Assembly: GCA_016933575.1 (NCBI GenBank)
Contig: JAFGAR010000081.1
Span: 32,001 to 96,000, forward strand
Source of the DNA: Candidatus Thorarchaeota archaeon
Lineage (GTDB): Archaea > Asgardarchaeota > Thorarchaeia > Thorarchaeales > Thorarchaeaceae
DNA length: 64,000 nt
Direction of reading: 5' to 3'
Positions 58,751-64,000 of this stretch are shown here, piece after piece. The number at the start of each line of letters is the position of its first letter. The stretch's first letter is position 1. The translations under genes were made by a program, and so were the position numbers. Below the pieces are notes generated by a model. That model saw only the letters and a program-made list of their open reading frames with translations, ran no database searches and had not been told where the DNA came from.

Positions 58751-60093
58751 TGACAGAGAACCCAAAAAGCAAGTCTTCTAAGAAGATTATTCGGCCTATC
58801 AGTGTAGATCATATCGCACGCATCGAAGGTAAAGCTGGCATCGAGATTAGACACGATGGAAAAAATGTGCAAGTATCGCAGGTCAATATCTTCGAGGGTC
58901 CTCGGTATTTCGAAGCCATTACATTAGGCAAACCTATTGAAGAAGCTACAGCTGTATTTCCAAGAGTATGTTCATTCTGTGCAGCTGCTCACAAGATTAC
59001 GGGACTTCAAGCAGCTGAGAAGGCAATTGGACTCCATCCAACCAAACAGACAGTAAAACTTCGAGAACTCCTCTATATTGGCGACTACATTGAGAGTCAC
59101 GCTCTGCATCTCTTCCTACTTGCACTTCCTGACTTCTTAGGATATCCTGATGCATTCTCCATGTCGAAAGACCATCCCACAATTCTTGCAGCAGGAATGG
59201 CACTCAAAGACATCGGTGCGGATATTCAGACTGTGATCGGTTCAAGATATATCCATCAAGAAAATGTCATGCTTGGCGGTTTTGGGAAGTTGCCCACAAA
59301 GAAGAAGTTGGTGTCCCTTGGGCAACGACTTAGAGGTCTTCAAAATGAAGCAGAACAAGCTCTTGAAACTCTAGTGAGTTATCGTAACTGGCCTGAAGTT
59401 GATGCCTCACGGATTCATCTCGCACTAGAGCCCTATGATGGGACATATACAATGTTAGGCGATGTTGTGCATGCATCTGACAACTCAAAATTCAAGGTAG
59501 ATGCGTACAAGATGCGTCTCCGAGAGAGTATTGTAAGCCATTCCTTCGCGAAACATAGTCACTACAATGAACAACCCTTCATGACCGGGTCTTTATCCAG
59601 ATATCATCTCTTTGGTGGCGGGATGACTGGTCGCGCAAAGGAGCTCGCAGAGATGTATGTTGAGTTTCTTGATCCAAATAATCCCATGTCCAATAATTTT
59701 GCACAAGCTGTTGAGATCATTTACTTTGTTCAACGTGCTGAGAGTATTATCAGTGATATTGCATCAGCTCTCAAACCAAATGAAAAGAGAATCAAGCCTC
59801 AAATTACTAAGGCTGGTACTGGTGTTTCAATGACAGAAGCGCCAAGAGGGTTACTCGCTTATACTATCAGTGTTGATAAGAATGGAAAGGTGAAGAGTGT
59901 TGATATTATTACTCCCACAGCCATGTTTCTCCCAATCCTAGAAAATGATTTACGAAGGATGTCAGAAGGTCTATTGAAACAAGGAGTCAAGGATGCGAAA
60001 GTCATTGGACCAAAACTGGAAACAGTTGTTCGATCTTATGATCCCTGCGTATCCTGTAGTGTCCATGTCACAGAAGTAACAGACCGTAAATGA
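58750..60093 (+). CDS. hydA: Group 3b hydrogenase alpha subunit, copy 2
   Basis: ARIEGK, RVCSFC, EAPRG, DPCVSCSVH plus a tail. Confidence 0.93.
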   Translation: MTENPKSKSSKKIIRPISVDHIARIEGKAGIEIRHDGKNVQVSQVNIFEGPRYFEAITLGKPIEEATAVFPRVCSFCAAAHKITGLQAAEKAIGLHPTKQTVKLRELLYIGDYIESHALHLFLLALPDFLGYPDAFSMSKDHPTILAAGMALKDIGADIQTVIGSRYIHQENVMLGGFGKLPTKKKLVSLGQRLRGLQNEAEQALETLVSYRNWPEVDASRIHLALEPYDGTYTMLGDVVHASDNSKFKVDAYKMRLRESIVSHSFAKHSHYNEQPFMTGSLSRYHLFGGGMTGRAKELAEMYVEFLDPNNPMSNNFAQAVEIIYFVQRAESIISDIASALKPNEKRIKPQITKAGTGVSMTEAPRGLLAYTISVDKNGKVKSVDIITPTAMFLPILENDLRRMSEGLLKQGVKDAKVIGPKLETVVRSYDPCVSCSVHVTEVTDRK

Positions 60094-60098
60094 TAGAG

Positions 60099-60128
60099 TT
60101 CTGAAAGGAGTGATTCCTCCTTTCAGAA
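60099..60128. terminator. 12-bp-stem hairpin between convergent genes
   Basis: TTCTGAAAGGAG-tgattc-CTCCTTTCAGAA. Confidence 0.65.
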
Positions 60129-60139
60129 ATTTCTATCTC

Positions 60140-61231
60140 CTATAATTGCTCAACTTGTTTCTTCCGTTTAAGATAGAGATAGACGACTCCTCCAAAGACA
60201 AATGCAAGCAGATAGAGAATAATGGGGATCCAGAGGAACTCAACACGCATTAGATACTCTAGCGGTCTTCCATATCCCCCAAAAGCAATGGGCAAATAGA
60301 TCCAAGCCAGAGCTCCAAAATACCCTGCATAAACTAACCATCTGATTTCTCGCCTGACTTTGAAGGCATACATGTATGTGAACACAAACATGAACGCAAA
60401 TCCTGATGCAAACATTACCCACATATCAGCGCTAGCATGTTGAATGGTGTTATATACAGCGACAAAGAATGCATGAATTCCAACGAAGCTCTCAAGTAGA
60501 ACTACCCATCCTTGATTCACATGTACTACCGTATATGCTAACGAGAGTTGGATAAAGAGTAAGAACATGTAGAAGAATCCGGTCACAAGTTGTGGGTCAT
60601 AGGCCATAGGATGAAACCAGAATGTATACACAAGTGCCCATGCAATAATATATTGATGGTTTCTTCTGAAGAATCCTGACACCTGAGCAGTGATAGGTTT
60701 CCCTGCTTTTCGTCCTATGAAGAAGCCCCGTCTTGGATTTTCAATGATGAGAATCAATACGAGCATTACGATGACAGAACCTTGACTAGTCCAGATGGGT
60801 ACATCCTGCGCAAGACCATCAAACCATATGTGAGTCTGAACGAGATGTAGAATGATGAATGCTGCGTTAATTGTCAGAGTTGCCCAGTTGTATCTAGTCA
60901 ATCCTGTTGTAGGTTTCGTCTTGTATTCCACAAGGTTCTTCTGTGCCCAATAGATAGCCGCCCAGATTGCGAATTGGTGTGTGAGATAAAAACTCCAAAC
61001 AATCAACATGATGAGAAAATCACGTGTCGGGAGTTGCCAGAAGTACCAACTTGCTCCAAGATCCGGTCCAAATGTGGCGATGACTGGATCCAGCAAGGGC
61101 CCAAGCAACCAAATAATGAATGTAAAACCGATGGCAAAGATCAACGCGATTGCCCACGCATAATAAGCTCTTCTCGATTGATTGTCTTGAGCTCTACCAG
61201 TTTCCGTATTGTCTTGTAACAAATACAACAC
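60140..61231 (-). CDS. Conserved-looking multi-pass membrane protein of unknown function
   Basis: About 10 TMs with several intramembrane His; WYFWQLP, QTH.WFDGLAQDV, ENPRRG, WFHP motifs. Confidence 0.7.
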   Translation of the reverse strand: MLYLLQDNTETGRAQDNQSRRAYYAWAIALIFAIGFTFIIWLLGPLLDPVIATFGPDLGASWYFWQLPTRDFLIMLIVWSFYLTHQFAIWAAIYWAQKNLVEYKTKPTTGLTRYNWATLTINAAFIILHLVQTHIWFDGLAQDVPIWTSQGSVIVMLVLILIIENPRRGFFIGRKAGKPITAQVSGFFRRNHQYIIAWALVYTFWFHPMAYDPQLVTGFFYMFLLFIQLSLAYTVVHVNQGWVVLLESFVGIHAFFVAVYNTIQHASADMWVMFASGFAFMFVFTYMYAFKVRREIRWLVYAGYFGALAWIYLPIAFGGYGRPLEYLMRVEFLWIPIILYLLAFVFGGVVYLYLKRKKQVEQL

Positions 61232-61322
61232 CTTCTCAGGTTTTTGTTAAGATACCTATTAACATCACGGTCAGTCAGAAAGTATAACTCGGTATTTGTG
61301 AAATAATATACCTGGTGTCCAT

Positions 61323-61655
61323 ATGACAAAAGAGAAAATATTGGCTCAACTTCAGGCACTTGCAGAAAGATTCGAAGACCCCAAAATACAGCGAAGGTTC
61401 AAGGACTATCATAAGACTCTCCAGTTTATCTTCCCTGACATCGATACCAAAATGTACATGACTATTGGAGACGCAAAGCTTGAAGCTGTGGCAGAAGGAG
61501 AGGTTGATTCTGAACTAAAGGTGACAATGGATACTTCCGTCTTCTTTGGTATAATGGATAAGACTGAGAGTCCTATGGCAGCATACTCCGCAGGCAAGTT
61601 GAAGACTGTTGGAGAAGTACCCGACCTCTTGAAACTGCAGAAATTACTCCTCTGA
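61323..61655 (+). CDS. SCP2 sterol/lipid-binding domain protein
   Basis: TLQF, ...P..AY..GKLK..G...L..L pattern. Confidence 0.8.
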   Translation: MTKEKILAQLQALAERFEDPKIQRRFKDYHKTLQFIFPDIDTKMYMTIGDAKLEAVAEGEVDSELKVTMDTSVFFGIMDKTESPMAAYSAGKLKTVGEVPDLLKLQKLLL

Positions 61656-61997
61656 ATCATTGAGATCTTTCTCAATGACCTTTGATACCAGTTCTCTCAT
61701 TCTAAGCATCTGATCTCTCACCTGCTTTGCCCCATCTTGAGTTAAGCTCACTATAGTCGTCGGTTTTAACTCAACAAACCGTTTTGATATTCTGATGAGA
61801 TTAAGTTCTTCTAATTTTCTTAGATGACTTGACAGATTGCCAGAGGTTAGTCCGAGTTTCTTCTGGAGAATGGTGAAATTAGCATTCTGAGTGAAGTAGA
61901 GATATATCAGTATAGAGAGTCGAGTGGGGACCATAGTCTCACGGTCTTCTTCCATGAGCTCTACCAGTGATGATAGAAGGTCCCTGTCCAGACTCAA
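61644..61997 (-). CDS. Winged-helix transcriptional regulator (ArsR/MarR-like)
   Basis: RL.IL..L, F..L...LGLT.GNLS.HL.KLE, K.F....P.T...LT..G. Confidence 0.85.
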   Translation of the reverse strand: MSLDRDLLSSLVELMEEDRETMVPTRLSILIYLYFTQNANFTILQKKLGLTSGNLSSHLRKLEELNLIRISKRFVELKPTTIVSLTQDGAKQVRDQMLRMRELVSKVIEKDLNDSEE

Positions 61998-61999
61998 CT

Positions 62000-62680
62000 C
62001 TATCCCTGCCCTTTGCTCTCCAACAGCAGTTGTTCAGCAGATATCAGCATATAGATACCAATAACATAGATTCCGCCCATATTGACGACAATCAGGACCA
62101 GAAATGCAATCTGAGGAAATACAAGCATTGGAATTACACCCAGAAGTATCGCAATAGCAAAGTAGAGCTGTTCCTTTGAAAAGAACTCAAGTTCTGAGCC
62201 TGTTCTTCTACCAAAGAGATAGTTCATAGTAAAACCAAATGCCATTACTATTTGGAGAGCTGGTGGGAACAGTTGGGCTTGTCCTATTTGGAAGGTGATG
62301 AGTGAAGTTATGACAATGGCTGTACAAAGAACAGTCCATAATGCATAGATTTTCCTGTCAGCTTTTGATGGATCTGATTTTTCCTGATAGGAACGGGTAA
62401 GTGGTACTATCAATCTGAATCCAATCACCCACGATAGACCCAAGCTCAAAAGAACAAAACCCACATTGACTAAGAATGGGTCACCAGGTCCCAGTATGTT
62501 TTGAAGTGACATGAATATTAGAGTGGCAAATGAAATACCACCAGCAATGAGGATGTAGACAAGACCTGATACTCTACGTGCGATTACCTGTGGATACTTT
62601 TCAACCAGATCTGTAAGTAAAAGAAGCTGTCTAGCTTTCTTTATCATATCATCATCCATTTCCGTTTCATCCTTATTCAA
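62000..62680 (-). CDS. Hypothetical multi-pass membrane protein
   Basis: About 6 hydrophobic segments; closely spaced to the wHTH gene. Confidence 0.7.
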   Translation of the reverse strand: MNKDETEMDDDMIKKARQLLLLTDLVEKYPQVIARRVSGLVYILIAGGISFATLIFMSLQNILGPGDPFLVNVGFVLLSLGLSWVIGFRLIVPLTRSYQEKSDPSKADRKIYALWTVLCTAIVITSLITFQIGQAQLFPPALQIVMAFGFTMNYLFGRRTGSELEFFSKEQLYFAIAILLGVIPMLVFPQIAFLVLIVVNMGGIYVIGIYMLISAEQLLLESKGQG

Positions 62681-62739
62681 TCAATCACCTCAAATCTAAT
62701 TACTTTCATTTCTAATACCTCCCTAATAACTGTAGCAGG

Positions 62740-62767
62740 AAAAAAAAGAGCCCATTTCCGGGCTCTT
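62740..62767 (-). terminator. Hairpin + U-tract after the ABC permease
   Basis: AAGAGCCC-atttcc-GGGCTCTT with an A-run on the plus strand. Confidence 0.65.
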
Positions 62768-63926
62768 AGCGTGAACCATATTTCTCAAAGAGAATGATTC
62801 CTACAAGCACTAGAAGAATACCAACAACCGAAACGATAGCCAGATTTATCCAAATGATTGGAGTTGTTATAGGAGCCCCTCTAAGAAACAGAGTGGTTAA
62901 AGCTTCAGTAACATATCTACTTGGAATGAACATCGAAATTGCTTCTGTCATTTCACCCAGGGGCATAAATGTTCCCAAGAACATCTGGGGCATAATGAAG
63001 ATGAAGCTCACTCCGGTAGCAGCTTCTGCAGACTTGGATAGTGTAGCTGATAAAAGCCCAAATCCCACAGCTACGAGTGAGAATGCTAGTGCTATCACAA
63101 AGGTAAATGCGATTCCTACAATTCCAGTCGCTGGTCTATATCCAATTATGAACGATGATACTAGAACCAGTGCAACCTGGACCGCTGCAATGATCATGTA
63201 TGATAGTGTTTGACTTATCATATAATCAGCTGATGACGCTGGAGTTGTTCTCAGTCTTCTCAACAATCCCTCGTCTCTCTCACTTGTCATTGTCTGAGCA
63301 ACAATCATTGTCAAGAATATTGCAGCAAAGGCAAAGATACCTGGGGCCATAAAGTCCCACTGCGTAAAAGTACTTGACTGTACTAATGCTGGGCTTGCAA
63401 TCTCAATTGGCAATCCAATCGTCGATGCACCCTCTCCAAAGATTGTCGTTATTAGTACCTGTCTTACCAGTGGTGGAATTGCTGAAACAGCCATCATTGA
63501 TCCGCTATCGACATAGAGACCAATCGTAGTGTTTACCCATGCACTAGTATTGAATGGAGCACTATTGTATGATACAATGCTATCACCAAATCCTTCAGGT
63601 ATGATAATGAACGCATCGAGGGCTCCCTGCAGTAGAGCAGCCTGTCCTGTGTTATTGTCTCCATATTGATAAACAACAAAGACATCAGAAGATGTCAAAT
63701 TGCCAACAAATGAAGAACCCCAGTTGGCCTGCGGGCTGGTAGTATCTAGATTTAGAAGTCCAACATCGAAACTTGTTGTGGTTCCTCCACCAATTCCACC
63801 AAATGCAAGACCAAACACGAATGTGATCGTGATTGGGAATATAATCAGAAGAAAGAGAACTGCAGGTTCTCGCGCGGTCTTCTTTAGCTCTTTCTTGGTT
63901 AATGCTAGTATACGTCTTAGGTTCAT
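62766..63926 (-). CDS. ABC-2 type transporter permease
   Basis: KE.K...R, PG, ER..G.L.RL..TP, G.F.P, P..Y motifs. Confidence 0.9.
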   Translation of the reverse strand: MNLRRILALTKKELKKTAREPAVLFLLIIFPITITFVFGLAFGGIGGGTTTSFDVGLLNLDTTSPQANWGSSFVGNLTSSDVFVVYQYGDNNTGQAALLQGALDAFIIIPEGFGDSIVSYNSAPFNTSAWVNTTIGLYVDSGSMMAVSAIPPLVRQVLITTIFGEGASTIGLPIEIASPALVQSSTFTQWDFMAPGIFAFAAIFLTMIVAQTMTSERDEGLLRRLRTTPASSADYMISQTLSYMIIAAVQVALVLVSSFIIGYRPATGIVGIAFTFVIALAFSLVAVGFGLLSATLSKSAEAATGVSFIFIMPQMFLGTFMPLGEMTEAISMFIPSRYVTEALTTLFLRGAPITTPIIWINLAIVSVVGILLVLVGIILFEKYGSR

Positions 63927-63928
63927 CT

Positions 63929-64000
63929 CTAAACAGCCTCCCTCAGTTTCTTTCCAGTGATCTTCAGAAATACCTCTTCCAGATTCTTTGAGTGGTTTTC
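63929..64000 (-). CDS. C-terminus of an ABC-2 transporter ATP-binding protein (partial)
   Basis: Manual translation ...KNLEEVFLKITGKKLREAV*, the typical LE.VFL..TG end. Confidence 0.8.
   Translation of the reverse strand, partial: ENHSKNLEEVFLKITGKKLREAV

Noticed and set aside
1-64000. rRNA, tRNA, CRISPR arrays, transposases, integrases, and the many short 60-190 aa ORFs nested in large genes
   Set aside because: No such elements were recognised by eye (tRNAscan/Infernal not run). The nested ORFs are off-frame or antisense shadows without motifs.

Overview
Gene-dense, AT-leaning archaeal chromosomal segment. It most likely comes from an Asgard archaeon, with Thorarchaeota as the best guess. 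This is an inference from a Rab-like small GTPase beside a longin-domain protein, archaeal Hdr/Kor/DUF2096 genes and GAGGTG-type RBSs. The window is dominated by anaerobic energy and carbon metabolism: two group 3b (sulfhydrogenase-type) [NiFe]-hydrogenase operons, a complex-I-ordered group 4 [NiFe]-hydrogenase (NuoA-B-C-D-H-I-like), two divergent hdrCB pairs, a double-FAD-module HdrA, a split korDA/korBC operon, an aconitase/ATP-citrate lyase/isocitrate dehydrogenase operon, a 2-hydroxyacyl-CoA dehydratase with its activator, acyl-CoA ligases and a dehydrogenase, and MenA. The most interesting observations are: (1) a longin + tandem winged-helix protein resembling the GATOR1 subunit NPRL2, encoded directly upstream of a Rab-like GTPase, with the pair lying between the two halves of the kor operon; (2) an RHH regulator with phased 7-bp repeat arrays in front of itself and its neighbour; (3) a deletion scar fusing two convergent gene fragments; (4) an asymmetric single-chain HdrA sharing a divergent intergenic region with a group 3b hydrogenase, with no Mvh in the window. 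No rRNA, tRNA, CRISPR or transposase was recognised. All homology calls come from motif recognition by eye; no searches were run.
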